A DNA stretch of 64,000 bases from Gammaproteobacteria bacterium (GCA_018698975.1 JABIPQ010000024.1:106-64105), one strand, 5' to 3'; shown: positions 35,077-44,756, counted from the first letter of the stretch. Translations and numbers: made by a program. Notes: generated by a model not told the origin, from the letters alone.

Positions 35077-36741
35077 ATGAGATATCCACCAGGTGTCAGT
35101 CAATCAGATTTTGACAGGGCAGTAAGGCAATTTGAGTCATCGATCGGAGCAGAGTGGGTGTTCACAGATGAAGCTGATGTTGACCTTTACCGTGATGCCT
35201 ATTCGCCATTGTGGGGTGAGGAAGAAGAGAAGATTCCATCCATTGCCCTGGCACCGCAATCTGCTGAAGAAGTGCAGTCCCTGATGGCTATTTGTAACGA
35301 ATTTCAAATTCCTGTTTACCCGGTATCAACAGGTAAAAACCTCGGCTATGGAGGTTCTGCTCCCGTACTCACCGGTAGTGTGGTACTGGATCTGAAACGC
35401 ATGAACCGGATTATTGAGGTGAATGAAGAAAACGCCTTTGCGCTTGTAGAGCCTGGCGTTTCCTATTTTGATTTATACAATTATATTCAGGAAAAGGGAC
35501 TCGATCTGTGGATAGACTGCCCGGATCCCGGCTGGGGTAGTCTGATTGGTAATTCACTGGACCATGGCGTGGGCTACACCGTTAATCCTTACCGTGATCA
35601 TTTCGAAGCCCATTGCGGTATGGAAGTGGTGCTGGCGGATGGCGATATTGTGCGCACTGGCATGGGTGCCTTACCCAATGCTGAAACCTGGCAGCAATAT
35701 CGCTGGGGCTATGGTCCCTGGATGGATGGTCTGTTTGCCCAGTCAAATTTTGGTGTCGTCACCAAGATGGGTTTTTGGTTAAGCCCGGCACCGGAAGCTT
35801 TTTGTTCTGGCTCCGTCCAGGTCATGAGATATAACGATGTGCATGAACTGGTGAGAATAACTGCAAAAATGATGTACAGCGGGATACTCAACTCCAATGC
35901 CGGTGTGCAGTCTCCGATGCAGTTTGCCATAGGGCAGAATCCGGAAATGCAGGAGCGCTATGAAAGGGCTAACGAGGAAGATATCCGGATTCTTGATGAG
36001 TTTGCCCGCAGCAACAATACCCCGTTCTGGAGTTCCCAGTTCAAATTTTATGGGCCACGGGAAATTGTCGACAGCTCCTGGGAATATGTGAAGAGACAAT
36101 TTGCCGACATTGATGGTGTACGTTACCAGGATCAGGAATCCCTCAATTTCCCGATGTCTTATGAAGAATTAATGCAGACAGCGGATGAAAATCACCTGGG
36201 TGTCCCTTCCATGTCGGTTTTCCAACTGGGTAATCGCTCCAATTTTAATCCCGCTGGCACCAACGGCCATCTGGGCTTCTCGCCGGTGGTACCCATGACC
36301 GGAGAGGCGGTACTGGAATCCAATAAAGTTCTGGTTCGGGTACTGAGAGAGATGGGTGGCAATACGGTATTCAATGTTCCCCCGTATTCCTACCATCAAC
36401 GCACATTCACCATTCTGGTAGGATTTACTGTCACCCGCGATGCTGATACCAATCGTAAAACCCGGGAAATTTTCCGTGAACTGGTCAAGGTCGCTGCAGA
36501 ACATGGCTGGGGCGAATATCGCACCCATACTGCCTTCATGGATGACTGTGCAGCGGCATATTCATTTAATGACAATGCGCTGTTGAGATTACAACAAACT
36601 CTCAAGGACGCCATTGATCCCAGGGGAATTATTTCTGCCGGACGCTATGGCATCTGGCCGAAGCATATTCGGGATACAGAAGGAAAAGGCGTTGCTACCA
36701 TCAAGGTGAGCAAAGAAAAGGAAGGAGACAGCAATGTCTAG
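35077..36741 (+). CDS. VAO/PCMH-family FAD-linked oxidoreductase (4-cresol dehydrogenase flavoprotein subunit-like)
   Basis: 554-aa ORF with an FAD-binding PCMH-type N-terminal domain (IPVYPVSTGKNLGYGGSAP...VVLDLKRMNRIIEVNEENAFALVEPGVSY). Its size and the overlapping cytochrome c gene match PchF-PchC flavocytochromes. Confidence 0.75.
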   Translation: MRYPPGVSQSDFDRAVRQFESSIGAEWVFTDEADVDLYRDAYSPLWGEEEEKIPSIALAPQSAEEVQSLMAICNEFQIPVYPVSTGKNLGYGGSAPVLTGSVVLDLKRMNRIIEVNEENAFALVEPGVSYFDLYNYIQEKGLDLWIDCPDPGWGSLIGNSLDHGVGYTVNPYRDHFEAHCGMEVVLADGDIVRTGMGALPNAETWQQYRWGYGPWMDGLFAQSNFGVVTKMGFWLSPAPEAFCSGSVQVMRYNDVHELVRITAKMMYSGILNSNAGVQSPMQFAIGQNPEMQERYERANEEDIRILDEFARSNNTPFWSSQFKFYGPREIVDSSWEYVKRQFADIDGVRYQDQESLNFPMSYEELMQTADENHLGVPSMSVFQLGNRSNFNPAGTNGHLGFSPVVPMTGEAVLESNKVLVRVLREMGGNTVFNVPPYSYHQRTFTILVGFTVTRDADTNRKTREIFRELVKVAAEHGWGEYRTHTAFMDDCAAAYSFNDNALLRLQQTLKDAIDPRGIISAGRYGIWPKHIRDTEGKGVATIKVSKEKEGDSNV

Positions 36742-37066
36742 GTCGTTTCTATTTCTGGTCTTGGCCCTGGTAAGTTGCGAACTATTTGCCCAGGTGGGTG
36801 ATCGTGCCCATGGCAAGGAAGTTTACGAACACTGGTGTTCATCCTGTCATGCTCCCGGAGCACGCAAGCATCCGGGTACATCAGCACTGGAATTTATCTA
36901 CAAGGGAGAAAAATCCGGAGTACTGGAAGAGCGACTCGACCTGACCCCGGAACTTGTCGCCTTGTTTGTTCGTAATGGTGTAAAAATTATGCCGCCTTTT
37001 CGCAAGACTGAAATCAGTGACAAGGATCTTTTAGATTTAGGGGCTTATCTTTCTCCACAAAGGTAA
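36734..37066 (+). CDS. Class-I c-type cytochrome (PchC-like subunit), secreted
   Basis: 110-aa ORF with signal peptide MSRSFLFLVLALVSCELFAQV, a single CSSCH heme-binding motif and a distal Met region (KIMPPF). It overlaps the flavoprotein gene by 8 nt. Confidence 0.8.
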   Translation: MSRSFLFLVLALVSCELFAQVGDRAHGKEVYEHWCSSCHAPGARKHPGTSALEFIYKGEKSGVLEERLDLTPELVALFVRNGVKIMPPFRKTEISDKDLLDLGAYLSPQR

Positions 37067-37172
37067 TTCTGCAGGTGCAGCCAGAGCCTCTCCTGAAAAT
37101 AATTAAGAGGAGTTTTTCATCAGCGCTTTATTTTGGAAATCCTGCGCAGTATTTATTTACTGCATCATTCTC

Positions 37173-38642
37173 TTGCTCATCGGTTACTTTGCTTCCCGGC
37201 GCATGCACGACATTCGTGACTACTATGCCGGCGGCAAGAAACTGGGCTTTATCAATGTAGCCTTTTCGGCCCGTGCCACGGGTGAGTCCGCCTGGCTTTT
37301 ACTCGGCCTGACCGGTACCGGTTTTGCTATTGGTTTGCAGGGACTCTGGATCGTGCTGGGCGAATTACTGGGTGTGGGGATTGCCTGGTTCTGGATGGCG
37401 AAACCCTTCAAACGGCTTACCGATCAGTATGACAGTGTCACTATCCCTGATTATCTTGAATCCCGCTTTCGTGATAAGGGACATGGGCTGCGCTTGATTG
37501 CTGCCGGTGCTCTGCTTGTCTTTGTGCCTATCTATGCCGGTTCTCAGGTGTTCGCCACCGGTAAAGCGTTCAATGCCTTTCTTGATATGAACCACTATTT
37601 GGGTGCCACCATCGGTTTCCTTGTTGTGCTTTTATATATCACCAAGGGCGGATTTATCGCCGTGGTATGGTCGGATGTATTCCAGGGACTGCTAATGGTC
37701 ACCGGACTGGTTGTGCTGCCCGTGATTGGTCTGCTGGAAATTGGCGGCACCAGTAATATTCTGGATACTCTGGGATCGGGGTTTTCCAGTCATTTAAGCT
37801 TAACAGCAGGGCAGGGCTGGACAACACTGGCGATATTTCAGACGCTTGGTTTTGCTGCCATTGGTATTGGTTTTCTGGGGTCGCCTCAGGTCTTTGTACG
37901 TTTTATTTCTATTCGTGATGAAGATCAAATCAACAAAGGGGCCGTTGTTGCATTAACCTGGACTCTTCTGGCAGATACCGGTGCGGTAATGATTGGGCTA
38001 GTAGGGCGAGGACTATTTACGGACGCTGATCTTGGTTTTGATCAGGATAATATTCTCCCCTATATGTCCCAGGCTCTGCTGCTGCCATTTTTTGCCGGGG
38101 TCTATATCGCCATGGTGCTCTCGGCCATCATGTCCACTATAGATTCCCTGTTGGTCGTTGCCTCCAGTTCCGCAGTTCGCGATTACTGGCAAAAGACTCG
38201 TCATCCGGAAATAAAAGATGCTGCTTTGGTAAAACTGAGTCAGCAAGTAACGCTGATTCTCGCGCTTATTTCTTTTGCTATCGGCATGGGCATCCTGCTT
38301 TACGATATTGAAAACGGGGTGTTCTGGATTATTATCTTTGGCTGGTCCGGAATTGCTGCCACATTCTGCCCGGTGGTGATACTTAGTTTGTGCTGGTCAA
38401 AACTCACAGCGCTTGGGGCCAAGTGCGCTATGGTGGCCGGGTTTCTTTCAACTATCCTGTTCAAGTTTGCGGTGCCGTCTCTGTTATTGGCACTGGGATG
38501 GCAAAATGGGGTGACTTATCTTGGTGCTCTTGACGTGCTTTTGCCAGCATTTCTGGTATCTGCATTAGTCGCTGTACTAGTGAGTGTTGCAGACAATAAA
38601 GGCCAGGCTTTGTTGCAAGGTATCCATGAAGAAGTGGCATGA
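37173..38642 (+). CDS. Sodium:solute symporter (SSF) family transporter; N-terminus probably extends to about 37119
   Basis: Polytopic 489-aa ORF (TTG start in the track) with SSF-like motifs (YYAGGKKLG, GESAWLLLGLTG). In-frame upstream codons encode the missing first TM helix (see finding). Confidence 0.85.
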   Translation: MLIGYFASRRMHDIRDYYAGGKKLGFINVAFSARATGESAWLLLGLTGTGFAIGLQGLWIVLGELLGVGIAWFWMAKPFKRLTDQYDSVTIPDYLESRFRDKGHGLRLIAAGALLVFVPIYAGSQVFATGKAFNAFLDMNHYLGATIGFLVVLLYITKGGFIAVVWSDVFQGLLMVTGLVVLPVIGLLEIGGTSNILDTLGSGFSSHLSLTAGQGWTTLAIFQTLGFAAIGIGFLGSPQVFVRFISIRDEDQINKGAVVALTWTLLADTGAVMIGLVGRGLFTDADLGFDQDNILPYMSQALLLPFFAGVYIAMVLSAIMSTIDSLLVVASSSAVRDYWQKTRHPEIKDAALVKLSQQVTLILALISFAIGMGILLYDIENGVFWIIIFGWSGIAATFCPVVILSLCWSKLTALGAKCAMVAGFLSTILFKFAVPSLLLALGWQNGVTYLGALDVLLPAFLVSALVAVLVSVADNKGQALLQGIHEEVA

Positions 38643-38818
38643 CTGATAATACTAAATAACGAGCAACGCTTGTCCTCTCTGCTTCTATCCGCGCTTGCCA
38701 TGATTCAGTTCTACTCTGTCTCTCTCTACCCCGCTTTCATTGATGTGACTTATTTTATGTACACAATCAACAACACAAAAACCTCCATCAGCTGCCGATT
38801 TTAGTGTTTAGAGAAGGA

Positions 38819-39409
38819 TCAGCCCGCCTTTATTTTGGGAGTGTTTATTCGTTCAACGAGGATATTGTAGAGAGTGACAAAGGTCGGTATCTCGTCACTG
38901 GGCAAGGGAATGTCGAGCTTCTTGGCGAAATCGCTGGCGGAAAGCAATCCACGAATGACTCGGTTGGATTTATCAAACACCAGGCAATGATGCAGGTTTG
39001 TCATCTGCAAAGAAGTGAGTACATCACAAATGGTGGACTCAGCCAATTCATCATAATTAAAGGCTTTTAAGGCTGATCTTGGTGTCATGATTTGTGCGGC
39101 GCTTATATCCTCCAGTTCAAAACCTGCATCGACATATTTTTGTAAGTTGTCCTGACCCAGGTCGGTCAGGGTAATAATTCCCAGAAAACGCTCTTCTTTG
39201 TCGATAACAAATTTTAGCCTGACATGGGCTCTCTTCATCATGGCTTCTGTTTCAACAGCGCTGGTTGTCGACTCTACAACATAGGGATGGTTGTAGTTAA
39301 AATCAGTCAGTATTTCCTGGGCGGGAGAATTTAAGGTACAGCCACGATATTTGTCGGGCCTTTCCAGCTGTTCAAAATCATTAACGTTGTAGAGTTTTAA
39401 TACGCGCAT
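38819..39409 (-). CDS. CBS-domain pair protein
   Basis: 196-aa ORF with two CBS-like repeats (VVESTTSAVETEAMMKRAHVRLKFVIDKEERFLGIITLTDL and DVLTSLQMTNLHHCLVFDKSNRVIRGLLSASDF). Confidence 0.65.
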   Translation of the reverse strand: MRVLKLYNVNDFEQLERPDKYRGCTLNSPAQEILTDFNYNHPYVVESTTSAVETEAMMKRAHVRLKFVIDKEERFLGIITLTDLGQDNLQKYVDAGFELEDISAAQIMTPRSALKAFNYDELAESTICDVLTSLQMTNLHHCLVFDKSNRVIRGLLSASDFAKKLDIPLPSDEIPTFVTLYNILVERINTPKIKAG

Positions 39410-39640
39410 TTTAATTCTGTCTTGATCAATAAATACAAATTTTTCTTTCTAGTGCCTGAGTGTAATTCTAAGGCAATCTGATTATTAAAAAGTTCATAAA
39501 CTAAGGAAAAAAAGAAAGGCAAAAGAGTCAAAAAATGGCAGAAGAAAAGCAGAAATTGGATATCTCGTTTGTGGGTAATAATTTTTCTATGATGCTGCTT
39601 GCAGACATTTTTTGGGAGTATTCAGAGCTCGTCAAGGATT

Positions 39641-40732
39641 TTAGGGGGCCAATTTAGCCTTCACTTTCTCAAACACCTGATCCGGTGAAATTTCCTGTAG
39701 ACAACGATGTTGATGCAGGCAATGGCCCTTGTTACAGGCAGGATCACAGGTGAAATTTCCGCATACCACTTCGCTGTTTTTTTCCAGTGGGCCCCAGATG
39801 TCTTTGTTAGTTGGCCCCCATAAGACAATACCTTTTACACCAATCGCAGATCCCAGATGAAATGGACCACTATCGTTACCCACCATGAGGTCACACTGCT
39901 GTAAAAATTGCGCGAGTTCAGTCAATGAGAGTTTATTGCATAGATCAACAGGGCGTGCGTTGAGCTTATAATTATCAAGTTTTTGCACAATTTCACTATT
40001 AGCGGCTTGGTCAGCGCCACCTGCTCCCAATAAGACAGCTTGCAATCCTTCAGCGATAATTTTTTCGATCAAGGCCGCCATATGAGACAGCGGCCACTTT
40101 TTGTATTCCTTGGTAGCGCCTGCATGCAAGGCAATGGTGGGTCGATCGGGTTGCCATCCTGCCTGCTGCAATTTTTCTTGCAAGGGCGCAGATAAGTCAT
40201 CCAATGTCAGTTTGATATAAGCTTTTTCAGGCTCTGGCATGTTCAATGCCGCGAATACGTCATAGTAACTGTGCCAGCGGTGGGCTACTTCCAATGGCCG
40301 GTTTTCAAAGCGCAGAGGTAGGACGTGGTCATAATTTTTTTTGTGGCGTATTGAACTACAGCCGAGTTTAAAATCTGCGGCAGAAAAACGGGTCAGGTGA
40401 TTGGTGGCGGAATCTTCTTCAATATTAAAGGCTAGGTTAGCCTTGAAGGAGCGAATCTGTTTTAGACATTGCCAGTACAAGGCTATTTTTTTCAGAAAAT
40501 TTGCCTGGCCTATTTTTTTACGGGGAAAATAAATAAGACAGTCGTTTGGAAAACTGTTTTCACAAAGTGTGCGAAAACTTTCATCAATAACAATTTTCAA
40601 TTCAATATGCTGACTCTGGCAATATTCTGCATAGGCTTGCATCAGGCCACCGGCTAGCAAAAAATTGCCCAGGTATTTTGTTGGATTCACCAACAGCACA
40701 CGAGTCGGACTTGGTGGAAGAGGTTTATTCAC
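39641..40732 (-). CDS. Glycosyltransferase family 9 (heptosyltransferase-like)
   Basis: 363-aa ORF with the N-terminus RVLLVNPTKYLGNFLL and C-terminal LMVGNDSGPFHLGSAIGVKGIVLWGPT, typical of ADP-heptose:LPS heptosyltransferases. It overlaps the upstream HAD gene by 8 nt. Confidence 0.8.
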   Translation of the reverse strand: MNKPLPPSPTRVLLVNPTKYLGNFLLAGGLMQAYAEYCQSQHIELKIVIDESFRTLCENSFPNDCLIYFPRKKIGQANFLKKIALYWQCLKQIRSFKANLAFNIEEDSATNHLTRFSAADFKLGCSSIRHKKNYDHVLPLRFENRPLEVAHRWHSYYDVFAALNMPEPEKAYIKLTLDDLSAPLQEKLQQAGWQPDRPTIALHAGATKEYKKWPLSHMAALIEKIIAEGLQAVLLGAGGADQAANSEIVQKLDNYKLNARPVDLCNKLSLTELAQFLQQCDLMVGNDSGPFHLGSAIGVKGIVLWGPTNKDIWGPLEKNSEVVCGNFTCDPACNKGHCLHQHRCLQEISPDQVFEKVKAKLAP

Positions 40733-41573
40733 CGTCCTGGTAAAGTGCCATCAACGCACCGACATTGGCTACAGATATTTCCGGCCAGGTGGATTCGTCT
40801 CGTTCATCAAAGGCATTGGGACCGCCTGTGCCGGTATGCACATAAATAGAAAGTGCCCCATTGTCCTTTGCCATAGGCACTTCCAGGTCTGCGTCATCAC
40901 CCACTACTGCAAGTTCATTCACGGCAAGGCCCAGATGTCTTGCGGCAGCTTCAATGGCATAGCGAGACGGTTTGCCAAGTACTACTGCGTCTTTTCCGGT
41001 TAACGGTTTTAATGCCGCGGCCAGAGCGCAGGAAGTGCCAATACCAGGACCATTAGCCGTGGCAAAGAAAGGGACATCGGAGGCGGTATACAACCCGGCG
41101 CCATCGCGCACAGCAATCCAGGCATTTTCAATATCCTTGAAGCCAAACTCCCGATACCAGCCGATATAGACGGCATCTACAGGACCGGGATTGTCGATAC
41201 TGGAAAGCACAACTTCCAGTCCCAGATCTGCCAGGGGCTCCCATACGCCAGGACAGCCGAGCACCATAATGCGTTTATAACCTTGCTTCACCAGATAGTC
41301 AGCCGCAACACTGCTGGGGGTCATCATGGTATTGTTATCCATTGGAATACCAGCATCACTGAGCACTTTCACATAGTCTTTCGGCGAACGTGCGGTGCCG
41401 TTGGTCATCACCACATAGGGTATGCCTTTATCCTTCAGCAGGTTTATAAAGTCAGCTGCACCAGGCAAGGTATTCATATTATTGTTTTTCTTGTCGCCCA
41501 GGATGAGGGTGCCATCCATATCGAAAACAAATCCTTTTGTGTGTCTGAGTTTTTCAGTAATTTGCTGTGTCAT
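40725..41573 (-). CDS. HAD-superfamily hydrolase, subfamily IIA (NagD-like phosphatase)
   Basis: HAD motif I is FVFDMDGTLILGD. Also VVMTNGTARS and a distal VVGDDADLEV motif. 282 aa. Confidence 0.8.
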   Translation of the reverse strand: MTQQITEKLRHTKGFVFDMDGTLILGDKKNNNMNTLPGAADFINLLKDKGIPYVVMTNGTARSPKDYVKVLSDAGIPMDNNTMMTPSSVAADYLVKQGYKRIMVLGCPGVWEPLADLGLEVVLSSIDNPGPVDAVYIGWYREFGFKDIENAWIAVRDGAGLYTASDVPFFATANGPGIGTSCALAAALKPLTGKDAVVLGKPSRYAIEAAARHLGLAVNELAVVGDDADLEVPMAKDNGALSIYVHTGTGGPNAFDERDESTWPEISVANVGALMALYQDGE

Positions 41574-41808
41574 TGACAGGTGCTAACTCCAATAAAAAAT
41601 GTTGTTGCGTACTATACTTTGTTCCCTCTGGTATTTCATTATTCAATGATAACGGGGCTTACATACTTATCAGAGTGTTGCAAAGGCCTGAACCCACGTA
41701 ATATTATTTCTGTCTAAAGCAGTAATACACTGTAGAATACGCGCCCCGGCGAAAATTGAGCAGGATATTCCCGGCAGGATCCAAAAGCAGAAAAGCAGGA
41801 AGTGTTAA

Positions 41809-43143
41809 GTGGACTTATCAGGTAGTTTGGTAGCGATTGTTATTTTGTTAACAGCCAACGGCTTTTTCGTTGCGGCAGAGTTCGCTCTGGTTAAAGCCAG
41901 AGGGTTTCGTATTGAAACAATGGCAAATAATGGCAGTGCTGCGGCCAAGTTAACATTGAGAATTCAGGCCAATCTGGAATCCTATCTTGCTGCTTGTCAG
42001 CTGGGTATAACCATGGCCTCGCTGGGTCTTGGCTGGGTCGGTGAACCGGCCGTAGCTGCCTTACTTGAACCTGCTTTTCACTGGATGGGCGTGCCGGATG
42101 CTGCCCTGCATACGACGGCTTTCATCGTAGGCTTTTTGATTTTCTCCTCATTGCATATTGTCGTGGGTGAACAGGTTCCAAAAACGTTTGCCATACGAAA
42201 ATCAGAGTTGGTGTCGGTATGGATCTCCTATCCATTGCATCTGACCTATTTAATGGTCTATCCACTTAACTGGGTGTTGAACTGGTCTTCTGGCTCCTTA
42301 CTCTCTCTGTTTGGTGTGGAAGAGGCAACCCATGCTGAAGTGTTCAGCAGTGATGAATTCAAGGGCATGGTGGCAACCTCAAAAGAACACGGTGCTTTGG
42401 AAAATGATAAAGCCGATATGCTGCATAACCTGTTTGAATTTGATCAGCGTTTTATTGGCCGGGTAATGATCCCCAGAAATTCTGTGGATGTTATTGACAT
42501 TAGTGATGAGCCAGCCGAAAACCTGAGGAAAATAAGAGAAACCAGTCATTCCCGCTTCCCGGTTCTGGATAGTTCGAATAATGATGAAATTGTAGGTTTG
42601 CTTCTGGCGAATGATGTTTATTCTGCTCTGCTGGATGGAGAGCAGGAGCCCTGGAACGATCTGGTACGTTTTTGTCGCCCTCCGCTGGTCGTACCTGAGT
42701 CACAAAGGGTGTCGACATTGTTCGAGGATATGCGATCCCTGCGTGCGCACATGGCTTTTGTGGTGGATGAATACGGTGAATTCATGGGCATCATCACTCT
42801 GGAAGATTTGATCGAGGAAATTGTCGGGGAAATCGAAGATGAAACCGATAGCCCTGAGTCCGCTGTACCTATCATTGAACTTGCAGAAGGAAAATGGGAA
42901 GCAAATGGTCTGGTTTCCCTGAGCGATGTTGAACGTATTATAGGTATAAAAATACCTAACGAGCTGGAAGCTAACAGTTTGTCAGGTTTGTTAATGAATC
43001 AACTTGAACGTATGCCGGAACCAGAGGATTCAATCGCCATTGGTGGTTACACCATTACCGTCGTGGATATCGAAGATTTGCGAGTTGGACAGGTAATCAT
43101 CGAGAAACACCCCGATGAACAGGTAGTTCTTGATACTGAATAG
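41809..43143 (+). CDS. CNNM/DUF21-CBS-CorC_HlyC family (TlyC/hemolysin-like) membrane protein
   Basis: GTG start. N-terminal TM domain with NGFFVAAEFALVKAR, a central CBS pair and a C-terminal CorC/HlyC-like transporter-associated region. Confidence 0.85.
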   Translation: MDLSGSLVAIVILLTANGFFVAAEFALVKARGFRIETMANNGSAAAKLTLRIQANLESYLAACQLGITMASLGLGWVGEPAVAALLEPAFHWMGVPDAALHTTAFIVGFLIFSSLHIVVGEQVPKTFAIRKSELVSVWISYPLHLTYLMVYPLNWVLNWSSGSLLSLFGVEEATHAEVFSSDEFKGMVATSKEHGALENDKADMLHNLFEFDQRFIGRVMIPRNSVDVIDISDEPAENLRKIRETSHSRFPVLDSSNNDEIVGLLLANDVYSALLDGEQEPWNDLVRFCRPPLVVPESQRVSTLFEDMRSLRAHMAFVVDEYGEFMGIITLEDLIEEIVGEIEDETDSPESAVPIIELAEGKWEANGLVSLSDVERIIGIKIPNELEANSLSGLLMNQLERMPEPEDSIAIGGYTITVVDIEDLRVGQVIIEKHPDEQVVLDTE

Positions 43144-43401
43144 TATTTCACATCTGAATCTCTTCTCTTTACAAAAAGTGTCACTGAACGCTGAAAGTTC
43201 AGCAGGAATAGGCTTTTAAGCTCAAAGTGAGTAGTTTTCCCAGAGCTATTCCTGCAGATCATCCCCAACTCCTGAGTAAACCCTTGCCAGCAATTGGCAA
43301 GCACCTCTATGGTCAGAAATTCTGAATTGTGTAAAATCATACCTGTTTTGATTTTTTTGATAGTGAAACAATGGCCTGGTCTGCAGGTCGAGGGAGAGGA
43401 A

Positions 43402-44661
43402 ATGAAATACTCTATTAGCTCGCGTTTTGTCAGCACTTATTTCAGTACTGATATTAGTACTATGTTTAACACAGCATTCAAAAGTATGTTGTTGGTGCTT
43501 ATTGTCCAGCAAGGCGTACTGGCAGCTGAAAATGCTCCGCAGCGGGCGGATGGTTTGCACATTGATCCTGTAGGCGCTGGTCCGTTTTATTACGATACTG
43601 CAGCTGGTATGGATATTCGGGTCAGGGTGCTTGCCAGAGGTCTGGATCACCCATGGAGTATTACCTGGTTACCTGATGGCAGCGCCCTGGTGACAGAAAA
43701 AAATTCAGGGACAATTCGCCGCATGGTCAACGACGTGATGCTTGATGACCCCGTTCCGGGCGCGCCGACTGGCGCCGTGGTAAGTCGCTACAAGGGATTG
43801 CTGGATATCACCACCCATCCTGATTTTACCAATCAGCCCTATATCTATATGAGCTATAACAAAGTCATGCCGGGAGATACTGAGGCAATTGCTGTGGCGC
43901 GCGGACGCTGGGATGGCAATGCTATTCAGAACACACAGGATATTTTTGTTGGCGAAGTAGGTACCACCAATGGGGTGCGTTTACTGTTTGGACCCGATGA
44001 CATGTTATATGTCGGTGTCTATGTCACCACGGACAACTCAGACAGTTTTGAAACAATGAGTCAGAAAGGCAAGATTCTGAGACTGACACCGGAAGGAAAT
44101 ATTCCCGCAGATAACCCTTTTGTCGGTCGCGAAGGTTTCCTGCCGGAAATATATAGTTATGGTCACCGCACTCCCACCGGCATTACCCTGAATCAGGAAA
44201 CGGGTGAAATCTGGAATGCGGAGATGGGTCCAAATGGAGGAGATGAAGTCAATCTTGTGCAACGTGGCGGCAACTATGGCTGGCCACTGGTAAGTTTTGG
44301 CATCTCTTATGGTGGCGGCTGGCACAGCAGTAATTTTCAGATGGAAGGCGCGCAGAATCCCATGGCGTTCTGGATGCCTGGTATTTCAGTGACCGGGCTG
44401 GCCTTTTATACGGGAGATGATTTTCCCGCCTGGCAAGGGGATCTTTTTGTTGGCGGTATGCAGGTTGGTCAGATTCCCGGGACTGGTCTACTACAAAGAA
44501 TCAAGTTCAATGACAACATGGAGGAAATCAACAGAGAAGCCTTGTTAGGCGATCTCAGGCAGCGAATTCGGGATGTGAAGCAAGGTCCTGATGGCAGGCT
44601 GTATTTACTCACTGATGAAGATGATGGCTTGCTGCTCAGGATTGAGCCAGTGGGCAACTAG
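43402..44661 (+). CDS. PQQ-dependent soluble sugar (glucose/sorbosone) dehydrogenase family beta-propeller
   Basis: Motifs GHRTPTGITLNQETGEIWNAEMGPNGGDEVNLVQRGGNYGWP and DVKQGPDGRLYLLTD. The ATG at 43402 has an SD (gagggagagga). The alternative ATG at 43462 gives a signal-like MFNTAFKSMLLVLIVQQGVLAAE. The track ORF starts at 43294. Confidence 0.8.
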   Translation: MKYSISSRFVSTYFSTDISTMFNTAFKSMLLVLIVQQGVLAAENAPQRADGLHIDPVGAGPFYYDTAAGMDIRVRVLARGLDHPWSITWLPDGSALVTEKNSGTIRRMVNDVMLDDPVPGAPTGAVVSRYKGLLDITTHPDFTNQPYIYMSYNKVMPGDTEAIAVARGRWDGNAIQNTQDIFVGEVGTTNGVRLLFGPDDMLYVGVYVTTDNSDSFETMSQKGKILRLTPEGNIPADNPFVGREGFLPEIYSYGHRTPTGITLNQETGEIWNAEMGPNGGDEVNLVQRGGNYGWPLVSFGISYGGGWHSSNFQMEGAQNPMAFWMPGISVTGLAFYTGDDFPAWQGDLFVGGMQVGQIPGTGLLQRIKFNDNMEEINREALLGDLRQRIRDVKQGPDGRLYLLTDEDDGLLLRIEPVGN

Positions 44662-44693
44662 GTCTGCTTGTTTATCTGTTATTCAAACTACTT

Positions 44694-44756
44694 TAAGAAT
44701 ACAGAATACAGAATGCAGAATACAGAATGCAGAATGCAGAATACAGAATTCAGGAT
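44694..44756. repeat. Tandem heptamer array (RCAGAAT x about 8-9)
   Basis: Read directly: taagaat-acagaat-acagaat-gcagaat-acagaat-gcagaat-gcagaat-acagaat-tcaggat. The last unit contains the stop codon (44750-44752) of the carboxyltransferase gene. Confidence 0.95.

Noticed and set aside
30755-38642. The gene block after the alpha operon as a horizontally acquired genomic island
   Set aside because: I saw no integrase, transposase, tRNA attachment site or flanking direct repeats, and no obvious composition shift by eye. Only the heptamer element at 31929-31968 is nearby. I cannot compute GC or codon skew here.
38819-39409. CBS-pair protein as the missing PpsC-like third subunit of the phenylphosphate-synthase-like enzyme
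   Set aside because: The size (about 22 kDa) and the CBS content resemble PpsC. However, the gene is over 5 kb from the operon, separated from it by unrelated genes on both strands, and apparently monocistronic. I cannot support a functional link from the sequence alone.
39535-39657. Hand-translated 40-aa ORF (MAEEKQKLDISFVGNNFSMMLLADIFWEYSELVKDFRGPI) in the CBS-GT9 intergenic region
   Set aside because: It has only a weak purine-rich stretch upstream and no recognisable family. Its 3' end runs into the convergent GT9 gene end. The evidence is insufficient to call a gene.
43294-43401. N-terminal 36-aa extension of the PQQ dehydrogenase ORF (track start 43294)
   Set aside because: The extension (MASTSMVRNSELCKIIPVLIFLIVKQWPGLQVEGEE) has no SD. 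The ATG at 43402 has a strong one, and a signal-peptide-like segment follows at 43462. The extension is probably untranslated leader.
44694-44756. Heptamer arrays (also 12363-12448 and 49149-49234) as possible CRISPR arrays
   Set aside because: The units are contiguous 7-mers without spacers, far shorter than CRISPR repeats, and there are no cas genes in the window.
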